From assembly GCA_034520945.1 (NCBI GenBank), contig JAXHNB010000005.1:352001-416000 (forward strand): 64,000 nt of DNA, read 5' to 3'. The notes under the pieces were generated by a model that worked only from the letters and a program-made list of their open reading frames with translations, was not told where the DNA came from and did no database searches. Shown here piece after piece: positions 31,566 through 44,228 of the stretch; within the stretch, counting starts at the first letter, position 1, and each line of letters opens with the position of its first letter. Source of the stretch: Trueperaceae bacterium (lineage in GTDB: Bacteria; Deinococcota; Deinococci; Deinococcales; Trueperaceae). Made by a program: the position numbers and the translations under genes.

Positions 31566-32717
31566 ATGCACTTCGTCAGTCTTACCGACCACACGCCTGG
31601 GGAGCACCGCGTGGCGCTGACGCCGAACGCCGCGGCGCGCCTGGTCGACCTCGGGGCCACGGTGCGCCTCGAGGCCGGCTACGGGGGGCGCAGCTTCTTT
31701 GATGACGCCTCCTACCGCGACGCCGGCGTCGACTTCGCGCCGCGCGAGACGTTGCTGCGCGAAGCGGACGTCTTGCTGACCCTGAACCCGCCGGATCCGG
31801 ACGACCTCGCGATGATGCCCGAGGGTGCGACCGTGATCGGCCTCATGGATCCGTTTCGGCGCACGGACGTGGTCCGCGCGCTGGTGGCGCGGAAGCTGGC
31901 CGGCATCTGCATGGAGTTGATCCCGCGCAGCACCTACGCCCAGAAGATGGACGTGCTGTCCAGCCAGGCGAGCCTGGCGGGCTACGCGGCGGTGCTTCGG
32001 GCGGCGGAGCGGATCGACAAGTCGTTCCCGATGATGAGCACGCCGGCGGGCACGATCGCGCCCGCGCGGGTGTTCGTGATCGGGGTCGGCGTCGCGGGCC
32101 TTCAGGCGATCGCGACCGCCAAGCGACTCGGGGCGCGCGTCGACGCGTACGACACCCGTCCGGTGGTGGCGGAGCAGGTGCGCTCGCTGGGGGCCAAGTT
32201 CGTCGAGCTCGACGTGGGCGAGACGGGGGAGACCGAGCAGGGCTACGCCAAGGAGCTCACGCCCGAGCAGCTCGAGATGCAGCGCCAGCAGATGGCGCGC
32301 GTGGTGGCCGAGGCCGATGTGGTCATCACCACCGCGCAGCTGTTCGGACGCCCGGCGCCGCGCATCGTCAGTGCCGAGATGGTGGCGGGCATGCGCCCCG
32401 GCAGCGTGGTGGTGGACCTGGCGGCCGGATCCGGTGGCAACGTCGAGGGCAGCCGGCCGGACGAAGAGGTGCTCACCGAGGAAGGAATCCGCATCGTGGG
32501 GGCGACCAACCTGCCGAGTTCGGTCGCGCGCGACGCGGGACAGATGTTCGCCAACAACATGGTTCACCTGATCACGCACGCCTGGGACGCGGAGTCGGGG
32601 CGCATGACGCTGGACCCCGAGGAGGACCCGGTGGTCGGCGCCTGCCTGCTGACGCAGGCGGGCGAGGTACGCGACGAGCGGGTGTCGAAGGTGCTCGCGG
32701 AGGAGGACGAGTCGTGA
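31566..32717 (+). CDS. pntAA: NAD(P) transhydrogenase subunit alpha part 1 (domain I)
   Basis: EHRVALTP, AQKMDVLSSQA, GVGVAGLQAIATAKRLGA. Confidence 0.95.
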   Translation: MHFVSLTDHTPGEHRVALTPNAAARLVDLGATVRLEAGYGGRSFFDDASYRDAGVDFAPRETLLREADVLLTLNPPDPDDLAMMPEGATVIGLMDPFRRTDVVRALVARKLAGICMELIPRSTYAQKMDVLSSQASLAGYAAVLRAAERIDKSFPMMSTPAGTIAPARVFVIGVGVAGLQAIATAKRLGARVDAYDTRPVVAEQVRSLGAKFVELDVGETGETEQGYAKELTPEQLEMQRQQMARVVAEADVVITTAQLFGRPAPRIVSAEMVAGMRPGSVVVDLAAGSGGNVEGSRPDEEVLTEEGIRIVGATNLPSSVARDAGQMFANNMVHLITHAWDAESGRMTLDPEEDPVVGACLLTQAGEVRDERVSKVLAEEDES

Positions 32718-32989
32718 TTCTGCTTTTGTTCGTGTTCGTGCTCGCGATCTTTTTGGGTTTCGAGCTGATCAACAAGGTTCCCAGCCAGTTGCATACCCCC
32801 CTCATGTCCGGTTCGAACGCCATCAGCGGCATCACCATCGTGGGTGCGCTGATCGCGGCGGGGACGGGCTCGACCTTTGGACAGGTGCTCGGCGTGCTCG
32901 CGCTCGTGTTCGCGACGATCAACGTGGTCGGTGGCTACCTCGTCACCGACCGGATGCTCGGCATGTTCCGGGCCGGAAAGCGGGCGTAG
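32714..32989 (+). CDS. pntAB: NAD(P) transhydrogenase subunit alpha part 2
   Basis: LHTPLMSGSNAISG, NVVGGYLVTDRML. Confidence 0.95.
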   Translation: MILLLFVFVLAIFLGFELINKVPSQLHTPLMSGSNAISGITIVGALIAAGTGSTFGQVLGVLALVFATINVVGGYLVTDRMLGMFRAGKRA

Positions 32990-32992
32990 GCC

Positions 32993-34375
32993 ATGCCGGT
33001 AGGGGTACAGCTCGGATACATCGCGGCGGCGGTCCTGTTCATTCTGGGGCTCAAGATGCTGGGGCGCGCCGACACGGCGCGCCGGGGCAACCTCATCTCC
33101 GCGGCCGGCATGCTGCTCGCGGTGGTGGTGACGCTGCTGCAAGGCGGCATGGAGTGGACCTGGATCATCATCGGCCTGGTGGTCGGCGGCGGCGTCGGCG
33201 CCATCGCCGCGCGCGCCGTGGCCATGACCGCCATGCCCGAGATGGTGGCGCTGTTCAACGGCTCCGGCGGCCTGGCCTCGTTGCTGGTGGCGTGGGCCGA
33301 GTACCACGATGCGGCCTCGTTGCCGGTGGTCACGGGCGTCGCCGTCGTCCTGGCCGCCCTGATCGGCGGGATCGCCGCCAGCGGCAGCGTCATCGCCTTC
33401 GGGAAGCTGTCCGAGAAGTTGCCGGGACGTCCGATCCGGCTGCCGCAACAGACGTTGGTGATGATCCTGCTGGGCCTGATCACGATCGGCGCGGCGGTGT
33501 GGTTCCTGTTGACGCCTTCCGGCGTGGTCGGGTACCTGATGCTGATGATCGGCGTGGTGGTGGCGCTGGTGCTGGGCGTGCTGCTGGTGCTGCCGATCGG
33601 CGGGGCCGACATGCCGATCGCGGTCAGCCTGCTCAACGCCTACTCCGGCATCGCGGCGGCCATGGCCGGCTTCGTGCTGGGCAACAGCGCGCTGGTCGTG
33701 GCCGGGTCGCTGGTCGGCGCGGCGGGCCTGATCCTGACGCAGATCATGTGCAAGAGCATGAACCGCAGCCTGTTCAACGTGCTGTTCGCCGGCTTCGGCG
33801 GCGAGGGCGGCATGGGCACCGCGGTCGAGGGCGAACCGCATCCGCTGTCGCCCGAGGACGCCTACTACGTGCTGGAGGCGGCGTCGAACGTGGTGTTCGT
33901 GCCCGGCTACGGCATGGCGGTGGCGCAGGCGCAGCACGCGGTGAAGGAGCTGGCCGACCTGCTGCAGCGCAACGGCGCCGAGGTGCGCTACGCGATCCAC
34001 CCCGTGGCCGGGCGGATGCCGGGCCACATGAACGTGCTGCTGGCCGAAGCCAACGTCCCCTACGAGCAGCTGGTCGAGCCCGAGGACGTGAACCCGACGA
34101 TGGAATCGGTCGACGTGGCCATCGTCATCGGCGCCAACGACGTGGTGAACCCCGCCGCGCGCGAGGACGACACCAGCCCGCTGTACGGCATGCCCACGCT
34201 CGAGGTCGACCGGGCCCGCACCGTGTTCGTGCTGAAGCGCTCCATGGGCGCGGGCTTCTCCGGCGTCGGCAACGCGCTGTTCGTCAAGGACAACACGCGC
34301 ATGCTGTTCGGGGACGCCAAGGCGACGCTGACCGCCTTGGTGAGCGAGTTCAAGGAGGCACTGGGCGTCAGCTGA
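32993..34375 (+). CDS. pntB: NAD(P) transhydrogenase subunit beta
   Basis: PIGGADMP, PGYGMAVAQAQH, HPVAGRMPGHMNVLLAEA, GANDVVNP. Confidence 0.97.
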   Translation: MPVGVQLGYIAAAVLFILGLKMLGRADTARRGNLISAAGMLLAVVVTLLQGGMEWTWIIIGLVVGGGVGAIAARAVAMTAMPEMVALFNGSGGLASLLVAWAEYHDAASLPVVTGVAVVLAALIGGIAASGSVIAFGKLSEKLPGRPIRLPQQTLVMILLGLITIGAAVWFLLTPSGVVGYLMLMIGVVVALVLGVLLVLPIGGADMPIAVSLLNAYSGIAAAMAGFVLGNSALVVAGSLVGAAGLILTQIMCKSMNRSLFNVLFAGFGGEGGMGTAVEGEPHPLSPEDAYYVLEAASNVVFVPGYGMAVAQAQHAVKELADLLQRNGAEVRYAIHPVAGRMPGHMNVLLAEANVPYEQLVEPEDVNPTMESVDVAIVIGANDVVNPAAREDDTSPLYGMPTLEVDRARTVFVLKRSMGAGFSGVGNALFVKDNTRMLFGDAKATLTALVSEFKEALGVS

Positions 34376-34414
34376 TCCCCACGCGGACCTGCGCCGTGCG
34401 CACCGACGAGGAAA

Positions 34415-34445
34415 GGACGGCCCCCGCCCAGCGCGGGGGCCGTCC
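34415..34445 (+). terminator. Hairpin after pntB (putative terminator)
   Basis: 13-bp stem GGACGGCCCCCGC/GCGGGGGCCGTCC; no clear U tract. Confidence 0.55.
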
Positions 34446-34528
34446 CTGATGTGCGCCGCGCGGCCGGACGGGGGCGAGGGGCGCGATGTGGGCGCGGCTT
34501 CACGAAGCGGTCGCGCCGAGTGAGATAA

Positions 34529-34558
34529 CTTGACATAAACACGCTCAGGTTTTACCAT
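34529..34558 (+). promoter_or_regulatory. clpB sigma70 promoter (TTGACA-17-TACCAT, leaderless) overlapped by HAIR-like HspR operator
   Basis: TTGACA 34530-34535, TACCAT 34553-34558, ATG 6 nt downstream; CTTGACA-N7-GCTCAGG matches CTTGAGT-N7-ACTCAAG at 10/14 positions. Confidence 0.75.
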
Positions 34559-34564
34559 ATCGAC

Positions 34565-37147
<2,583 letters not shown>

Positions 37148-37377
37148 ACGAGGAGATTCGGCCGCCCCTGACGCAGGGGACGCCGTAGCTGCCCGCGGAC
37201 CGCGCGCGGCGCGGCGGCGCGCACCGACCCGCCGCCGCGCCGCGTTCGCGTGTGCGCCTGGTGTGCCGGGCGACGTCGCGTGTGGGCGTGCGGGCTACCC
37301 TCGTGCCCACGACGGGCGGCCCGCCGCATCGAGGCGGCGCACGGGGGCCACGCCCCGTCCTCCCGGGAGGGAATGAC

Positions 37378-38850
37378 ATGTGCGGCATCTGCGGCGTTCA
37401 CGGACCCCACCCCGACCCCGAGCGCGTCACCGCGGGCATGATGGAGGACTTGCGGCACCGCGGCCCCGACGGTTCCGGGATGGTGCGACGCGGCCCGACG
37501 ACGCTCGGCCACGTCCGCCTGGCCATCGTCGACCCCGAAGGCGGCGACCAGCCGCTCCTCAGCGAGGACGGGCGCGTGGCGCTGGCCGGGAACGCGGAGA
37601 TCTACCAGCACGCCCGGCTGCGGCGCGCCCTGCGCGGCCACCGCTTCGCGACCGACAGCGACTGCGAGGCCGCCCTCCACCTGTTCGAGGAGGAGGGGCC
37701 GGGCTTCGCCCGCGGACTCGACGGCATGTACGCCCTGGCCATCGCCGACGGACGCGACCTGGTGCTGGCACGAGACCCCTTGGGTATCAAACCGCTGTAC
37801 GTTGCCCACGACGGCGACACGACGTTCTTCGCCTCCGAGATCACGCCGCTGGCCCGGCTGGGCCTGCCCGTCCGCCCCCTCGCACCGGGGACGGCCTGGC
37901 ACACGCGCCGTGGCACGATCCGGACCTACGAGCTGCCCGGCGCGCGCCCGGAGCTCCGCGACGCCGATGAGGCGGCCGGCGCGGTCCGTGCCGCGCTGGA
38001 GGCCGCCGTCGACAAGCGCCTGATGGCCGACGTGCCGTTGGGCGCGTTCCTGTCGGGCGGTCTGGACTCCAGCGCCATCGCCGCCCTGGCGATCCGCCGA
38101 ACCGGACGGCTGCGCACCTTCTCCGTCGGCGTGGCGGGCTCGCCCGACCTGGTGGCCGCCCGCCGCGTCGCCGAGCATCTGGGCACCGATCACGTCGAAG
38201 GGATCCTGGAGCCGGAGGAGGTGCGCGAGGTGCTCCCACGGATCGTGCCGGCCCTGGAGTCGTTCGACGCCGACCTGGTGCGGAGCGTGGTGCCGACCTG
38301 GTTCACCGCGCGTCTGGCGGCGCGGTACGTCAAGGTGATCCTGACCGGCGAGGGGGCGGACGAGGCGTTCGCCGGCTACGCCTACCACCGGGACTACCGG
38401 GCACGCCCGGACGCCCTGGCGACCGAGCTGACACGCTCCCTCGGGTCCATGCACGACGTCAACCTTCAGCGCGTCGATCGGATGACCATGACGCACGGCC
38501 TGGAAGGGCGCGTGCCGTTCCTCGATCGCGACGTCATCGACGTCGCCCAGCGGATCGACCCTCGCCTCAAGCAGCGTGACGGCGTCGAGAAGTGGATCCT
38601 GCGCAAGGCCGTGCAGAACCTTCTCCCCCGTGAGATCGTGTGGCGCGACAAGGCCCAGTTCGACGAGGGGTCGGGCACCAAGGACCTGCTGGGCGACATC
38701 GCACGAACGCTGCCCGGCACCACCGGCGATGCGCCGGTCCCCCTCCGCTCCGCGGAGGAGGCGGCGTACTGGCGGATGTTCGAAGCCTCCGTGCCCGACG
38801 CCTGGCGCGTCGCGGGCCAGGTCGGCCGCTGGGAGGCGGACCGGACGTAG
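37378..38850 (+). CDS. asnB: Asparagine synthetase (glutamine-hydrolysing) family amidotransferase
   Basis: N-terminal MCGICG Ntn cysteine, HRGPD, RDPLGIKPLY, LSGGLDSS, TGEGADE, EGRVPFLD. Confidence 0.88.
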   Translation: MCGICGVHGPHPDPERVTAGMMEDLRHRGPDGSGMVRRGPTTLGHVRLAIVDPEGGDQPLLSEDGRVALAGNAEIYQHARLRRALRGHRFATDSDCEAALHLFEEEGPGFARGLDGMYALAIADGRDLVLARDPLGIKPLYVAHDGDTTFFASEITPLARLGLPVRPLAPGTAWHTRRGTIRTYELPGARPELRDADEAAGAVRAALEAAVDKRLMADVPLGAFLSGGLDSSAIAALAIRRTGRLRTFSVGVAGSPDLVAARRVAEHLGTDHVEGILEPEEVREVLPRIVPALESFDADLVRSVVPTWFTARLAARYVKVILTGEGADEAFAGYAYHRDYRARPDALATELTRSLGSMHDVNLQRVDRMTMTHGLEGRVPFLDRDVIDVAQRIDPRLKQRDGVEKWILRKAVQNLLPREIVWRDKAQFDEGSGTKDLLGDIARTLPGTTGDAPVPLRSAEEAAYWRMFEASVPDAWRVAGQVGRWEADRT

Positions 38851-38901
38851 CGCCGCGTCTGCACGCCGGGTGGGCCAATCCGGGTGCGGCGGTGCGGCGG
38901 A

Positions 38902-41841
38902 TCAGGCGGGGTCGCGCACCACCAGGCCCCGCGACGCCTGGAGGCGTTCCAGGCCCGTACGCGGCCCGAGCAACGCAAGGGTGGGCTCGCCGGATGCCTC
39001 GATCGCGGCGGCCAGTTCGCGGAAGGCGTCGCGGGAGGTGGCCAGCAGGTCCTCGCGCAGGCGGCGCGGCTCGTTCTCCGTGCCGCGCAGGCGGCGGCGC
39101 AGGGCGCGGTACCCCTGCGTGCCCGGCAAGGCGTAGGGATCCAGGTCGCCGACCGCGCCCAGGATCAACGCGTCCAGATCGGCCTCCTCGAGCGTGTCGG
39201 CGGCCTCCCGCAAGCGTTCGGGCGCCTCTTCGAACACCGACAACGTCTCCTCCAGGTTGGGGTCGCGGTACGACCAGGTCGTGATCGCCCCCCGCAGCGG
39301 GTCCAGCGTCGCGCCCGCCCCGTAGGCGCCGCCCTGAAAGCGCAACCGCGGCATCAGCACGTCGGCCTGCAGGTGGCGGGCCGCCGCCAACCATGCGCCC
39401 GGCAGCGGGGCGCCGCCCGAGAGCTCCCAACGGGCCGCCAGGTAGTGGACCTGGCCCGACAGGGCCCACCCCTCGCGCGGGTCGGGCGGATCGAGGTGCC
39501 ACGCCGGCCGTGCGCCGTCCCCGTGTGGCAGGCCCGCGATCAGGCGCTCCGCCGCCGCCTCCGCGGCCGGGCCGGAGGCCTCGTCGGCGGTGATGCCCAT
39601 CACCAGGGCGTCCCGGACCAACAGTCGCTGGCGTACCTCCTCCAACTCCTCACGGACCGCGGCCTCGTCGGACGCGGCGCGCTGCACGAACGCGTCGAGC
39701 TCCGCCAGCGAGGCGAGGCCGCCCAGCAGCTCGTCCGCGCGGTCTTCCACCCCGGCGTGGGCCCCCAGTCGGCGGATCGCGAAACGATGCCCGGCGGGCT
39801 CCAGCGCCGCGCGCCTGCGCGCCAGGTTCTCGAGCGCCAGGCGGCGGATCGCGGCGACGTCGTCCAACCGGGCCTCCCGGAGGACCTCCACCATCAGGTC
39901 GGCCAGGGCCTCCGCCCGTTCGGCCAGCGCCTTGCCGCGCAGGAAGAACCGGGCGATCCCCTCGCCGTCGCCCGCCCCGTGCGCCAGATCCAGCTGCGCG
40001 CCGATGCCGCCGGTCTCGCGGTCGATGGCGCGGCTCAACGAGGTGAGGTCACGCTGGGCGGTGCCGGTCTCCAGCAGCATTCGACCCAAGGTGCCCGCAT
40101 GCGGCAGCAGCGGCCGGGGCAACGCCCGCAGGTCGAAGCCGAGGTCGAGGTAGACGAGCCCCCGCGTCGGCGCGGAGATCCGCACCCGTTCGGCGCCGCC
40201 CTCGCTCCGGCTGCGCATCTCGAGCTCCGGCCGCGGCGGCCCCAGGTCGGCCCGCCGGAGGCGCGGGAGGGTGGCCCGCGCCTCGGGCGGATCCGGCGCC
40301 TCCTGATGCGTGCGCAACGCCTCGGCGTCGGCGCGCACGCGCGCGTGATCATGTGCGTCCATGTCGCCGGTCAGCGCCTCGAGGCGCGCCCGCTCGTCTT
40401 CGTCCCGCCGCGCGCTGGCGTTCGGATCGGGGAGCACGCGCACGTGAACGCGATGCGGGTTGTCGACCAGCGCCTCGCGCATCAGCGTCGTCAGTGACGC
40501 ACCGCCCTGGGGCAACTCCCGGTCCAGTTGCTGCAGTGCGGTATCGAAGTCGAGGTGCGTCAACGGGTCGAGCCCGTGAAGCCACGGCCCCAACGCGGTG
40601 ACGGCGAGGGCGAGGCCGCGCTGTCCGCCGTGGACGTCCAACTCCCGCAAGGAGAACACCAGCTGGTTGCGGGCCGCCTCCAGGTCGGCGTCGTCCAGCC
40701 CCTCCTCGGCCAGGCGCAGCAGCGTGTCCTGGACCACTTGGTGCACCTCGTCGGTGCGCGCCGGGTCGACCCCGCGTAGGCCGGCACGGAACATCGGTTG
40801 CCGCAACGCGTCGCTCAGCCCGCCCAGGAACGCCTCGCCCAGACCGGCATCCAGCAGGGCACGACGCAACGGCGCGGCCGGCGAGCCCACCAGCACGTGC
40901 TCCAGCAGCTCCAGCGCCATGCCTCGTTCGGGCCGGTCCGCGGGGGGGAGGGCCCACGACACCGTGGCGATGGCCTTGCCCTTGGCGTCCGCGGGGTAGG
41001 ACGACGTCACCTCCCGCGGCGCGTCGAACGGCGGCTGCACCGCCGGCGCCGCCGGCGGACGACCGGGGCTCGCCGTGGGGGCCGGGACCTCGCCCGCCGT
41101 GGGGCCCGCGCCGTCGTCCCCGCCGTCCAGGTAGCGCGCGATCCGCTCCAGCGTCTCCTCGAGGGGCACGTCTCCGTGCACCACGAAACGGGCGCGGCCC
41201 GGACCGTAGTGCGCCGCGTGGAACGCCCGCAGGGCGCCCTGGGTCAGGTCCGGAATGGCGCGCGGATCGCCCCCCGAGTCGTGCGCGTAGGCGGTGTCCG
41301 GCAGCAGGGCGCCCAGCTCGGCCAGCTCGAGCGCTCGGTTCGGGTCGGCCCGGGCGCCCTTCATTTCGCTGTACACCACGCCGCCGAGGCGAAGCTCGCC
41401 GTCCTCGCCGCTCGGCTCGAGATGCCACGCCTCCTGCGCGAAGGTCTCCGCCGACAGGCGTGGGCGGAACACGGCGTCCAGGTACACGTCGAGCAGGTTC
41501 AGGTAGTCGACGCGGTTCTCGGTCGCGAACGGGTAGACGGTCCGGTCCGGGTAGGTCATGGCGTTGATGAACCCGGCCAGCGACCCCTTGATCATCTCGA
41601 AGAACGGATCCTTCAGCGCGAACCGTTCGGAACCGGCCAGCACCATGTGCTCCAGGATGTGGGCGACGCCGGTATCATTGGACGGCAGGGTGGGGAAGCC
41701 CACGGCGAAGCTTTTGTTGCGCTCGTTCGATGACAACGCCAGCAGCTCGGCGCCGGTGGCGTGGTGGCGGTAGAGACGGGCGTGAACGCCCAACATGGCG
41801 AGCTCGCGCTCGCCGACGGGCGTGAAACCGTGCAGATCCAT
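38902..41841 (-). CDS. M16C metallopeptidase (presequence protease PreP/Cym1-like)
   Basis: GVAHILEH..GSERF..KDPFFEMIKGSL..FINAMTYPDRTVYP, GVVYSEMKGA, SGGDP, RFQGGAYGA, SYRDPN; 979 aa. Confidence 0.92.
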   Translation of the reverse strand: MDLHGFTPVGERELAMLGVHARLYRHHATGAELLALSSNERNKSFAVGFPTLPSNDTGVAHILEHMVLAGSERFALKDPFFEMIKGSLAGFINAMTYPDRTVYPFATENRVDYLNLLDVYLDAVFRPRLSAETFAQEAWHLEPSGEDGELRLGGVVYSEMKGARADPNRALELAELGALLPDTAYAHDSGGDPRAIPDLTQGALRAFHAAHYGPGRARFVVHGDVPLEETLERIARYLDGGDDGAGPTAGEVPAPTASPGRPPAAPAVQPPFDAPREVTSSYPADAKGKAIATVSWALPPADRPERGMALELLEHVLVGSPAAPLRRALLDAGLGEAFLGGLSDALRQPMFRAGLRGVDPARTDEVHQVVQDTLLRLAEEGLDDADLEAARNQLVFSLRELDVHGGQRGLALAVTALGPWLHGLDPLTHLDFDTALQQLDRELPQGGASLTTLMREALVDNPHRVHVRVLPDPNASARRDEDERARLEALTGDMDAHDHARVRADAEALRTHQEAPDPPEARATLPRLRRADLGPPRPELEMRSRSEGGAERVRISAPTRGLVYLDLGFDLRALPRPLLPHAGTLGRMLLETGTAQRDLTSLSRAIDRETGGIGAQLDLAHGAGDGEGIARFFLRGKALAERAEALADLMVEVLREARLDDVAAIRRLALENLARRRAALEPAGHRFAIRRLGAHAGVEDRADELLGGLASLAELDAFVQRAASDEAAVREELEEVRQRLLVRDALVMGITADEASGPAAEAAAERLIAGLPHGDGARPAWHLDPPDPREGWALSGQVHYLAARWELSGGAPLPGAWLAAARHLQADVLMPRLRFQGGAYGAGATLDPLRGAITTWSYRDPNLEETLSVFEEAPERLREAADTLEEADLDALILGAVGDLDPYALPGTQGYRALRRRLRGTENEPRRLREDLLATSRDAFRELAAAIEASGEPTLALLGPRTGLERLQASRGLVVRDPA

Positions 41842-41954
41842 GGCGGGAACGCTATCACGCCCTCGCGGAGGCGTCCGGCGTGCGCGCGTCGGTCTGGGGG
41901 CCGTGCCCGCACGGGCGGTTCGGGGGCCCGTACCGTTGGGGTACGCTCGACGGG

Positions 41955-42710
41955 ATGACGGAGCTCATGCTCATCGTTCCCCACCCGGACGACGAGGTGT
42001 TCGGCCTCGGCGGGACGTTCGCCCGACTCGCCGAACGAGGGGCCTCCACCGCCGTGCTCACCCTGACGCGAGGTCGGGCCGGACGGACGCTGGGGCTGTG
42101 CCCGCCGGCCGAGCTCGGCGAGCTGCGCGAGCGCGAGTTGCGCACCTCGGCCGCGGCGCTCGGCGTCGACGACCTGACGGTGTGGGACGAACACGACTAC
42201 GTGCCGGACGACAGCCGCGGGATCCCGCGCGATGCCGGCCTGCAGGACCGACCGGCGGAGGCGCTGGAGCGGGCGATCGCGTTGGAGTTGGACCGCCTGC
42301 GGCCGGAGGCGCTGGTCACCTTCGGGCCGCACGGCAGCAACGGCCATCCCGATCACGTCGCCACGCACCTGCGGGTGCACGGCGCGCTTCAGCGGGGCGG
42401 GCACGTGCCGGCGCGGATCTACCACTACGCCTCCGAGGCGCCCTATGACGGGGCGGCCCGGCCCGGCTTCCTGTCGCCGGAGGAGATCCGCGACCGGCAC
42501 CAGCCGCCCAGCCACCGGATCGAACTGGCCCCCGCCGAGGTCGAGCGCAAGCTCCGCGCCATGGCGGCCCACCGCACCCAGGCGCTTTCGGTGCTGAACT
42601 TCATGGAGCGCTTCACCGCGAGACTGTTCACCGAAACGTTCACTCGCGTCGGCGTCGGCGGCGCGCCCGTCGCCCCCGGCGCCGAGACGCGCACCGTGTC
42701 GTTCCCGTGA
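41955..42710 (+). CDS. PIG-L/LmbE family N-acetyl deacetylase (BshB/MshB-like)
   Basis: PHPDDE, RERELR, GHPDH, AHRTQ; TACGCT 7 nt before ATG. Confidence 0.9.
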   Translation: MTELMLIVPHPDDEVFGLGGTFARLAERGASTAVLTLTRGRAGRTLGLCPPAELGELRERELRTSAAALGVDDLTVWDEHDYVPDDSRGIPRDAGLQDRPAEALERAIALELDRLRPEALVTFGPHGSNGHPDHVATHLRVHGALQRGGHVPARIYHYASEAPYDGAARPGFLSPEEIRDRHQPPSHRIELAPAEVERKLRAMAAHRTQALSVLNFMERFTARLFTETFTRVGVGGAPVAPGAETRTVSFP

Positions 42711-42786
42711 AACGGCCGCCGGCGCGCCGCGGCGCCGGGACGGCGGTCACGGACGCGCCTCGCGGGCGCGTGATAGGTTCGGAAGC

Positions 42787-44190
42787 GTGATCACGCGTTC
42801 GGTCCAGCTCACCCGGCTGGCGCCCGCCCACCGCGCCTTGGCGGAGGGCCGCTATGCCGCTGCGCACGCGCTGTTGGAGGACGCCGCCCGGCGTACCCCG
42901 GCGCGCAGAACGCAGGCGCAGTACCACCTGCACCTTGCCGCCGCCGAGGCGCTGGGTGGCGAAGAGGGCGTGGACCGCGGCCGCCGCGCCTTGGTCGAGG
43001 CGGCGCGCCTCGACCCGGGCTGCGTGACGCATCCGCTGTACCGCGCGCTTCACTGGGAGTTCCGCGCCCTCCGCGGGGCCACCGCCAGCGAGGTGCGCCG
43101 CGGCATGCGGGGGTTGGACGCCCAGCACGACGCGGTCGCGGCCTATCATGCCGCCAGCGCGCTGTACCTCGCCGGCGCGGCGCGGACCGCTCGGCGGGCG
43201 CTTCACGCGTTGACCTCGGAGGCGTTGCCGGCCTACCTTCGTTGGCGTCGTGCCTCCCTGCTCGGCATGGCCGCCGCCGACGCGGGCGCCTGGCAGGAGG
43301 CCGCGGACGCGTTCGGCTCGTCCTGGACGGAAGCGCCGCCGGAGGAGCGCGTGCGCGAGGGCGTGCGGTTGGCCTCGGCCCTCCTCGAACTCGGTCGCTT
43401 CGACGAGATGGCGCCGCTCCTGGACGCGGTCGATGCCGCCGAGGTCGATCGTTCGCTGCGGTCGAAGGCACGGCAGTTGGCGGGACGGGCCGAGATCGGC
43501 CTGGGCAACCCGGGGCGCGCGCTGGGGGCGTTGGCGGAGGCCGAGCGGATCGCGCCCGAGGCGGACCTTCGTGACGAGGCGGTGCAGGCGGCGGTGCAGG
43601 CGTTGCTGCTGCAGGGACGGAGCGCGGAGGCGGCGGAACGCCTCGAACAGCTAGTGGCGCGCGCGCCGGCCGAAGCGCGCGCGGTGACGATGCACGAACG
43701 GGCGGCGGCGCTGCTCGACGCGGACCTGGCCGACGAGGCCGAAGCGGTGCTCGTCGGCGTGCTGTCGGACCCCGACTACGCCTATCGGGCCGAGGCGACC
43801 GCGGACCTGGCCGACGCCCGCCTCCGCCGCGGCGACCTCGCCGGCGCCGAGGAGACGGGCCACCAGGCCCTGGCGGCGGGGGCGGTCGCGCCCGCCTGCC
43901 TCACCCTCGGGCAGGTGGCGTTCGAGTACTTCGCGCTGGACGACGCGGCCGGCTGGTTCGAGCAAGCCGCCAGCGCCGCCACGCCGGGCGAGCCGATCTG
44001 GCTTGCCGCGCAGCAACTGTTGGCCGACGTGTTCATTCAACGTGGCCCGGAGGGGGCCGAGCGCGTGCTGATCCACGCGCGCCTGGCGCTCGCCCACACC
44101 GAGCCGAACAGCGAGTGGGCCGTGTCCCTCCACGCCCACGTCGCGCAGGCGCGGTCCTGGTTGGGCGGCTTCGACCGAATCCTGAACTGA
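42787..44190 (+). CDS. TPR-like helical repeat protein
   Basis: Ala-rich helical repeats with TPR-like spacing; TAGGTT 7 nt before GTG. Confidence 0.7.
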   Translation: MITRSVQLTRLAPAHRALAEGRYAAAHALLEDAARRTPARRTQAQYHLHLAAAEALGGEEGVDRGRRALVEAARLDPGCVTHPLYRALHWEFRALRGATASEVRRGMRGLDAQHDAVAAYHAASALYLAGAARTARRALHALTSEALPAYLRWRRASLLGMAAADAGAWQEAADAFGSSWTEAPPEERVREGVRLASALLELGRFDEMAPLLDAVDAAEVDRSLRSKARQLAGRAEIGLGNPGRALGALAEAERIAPEADLRDEAVQAAVQALLLQGRSAEAAERLEQLVARAPAEARAVTMHERAAALLDADLADEAEAVLVGVLSDPDYAYRAEATADLADARLRRGDLAGAEETGHQALAAGAVAPACLTLGQVAFEYFALDDAAGWFEQAASAATPGEPIWLAAQQLLADVFIQRGPEGAERVLIHARLALAHTEPNSEWAVSLHAHVAQARSWLGGFDRILN

Positions 44191-44228
44191 CGCGCGCCCC
44201 GCGCGTCCGCGCGGGTACACTGCGCCGG

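Noticed and set aside
31566..34375. Split pntA as a possible pseudogene
   Set aside because: A three-gene pntAA-pntAB-pntB arrangement is established in Thermus and Rhodospirillum; both parts have proper ends
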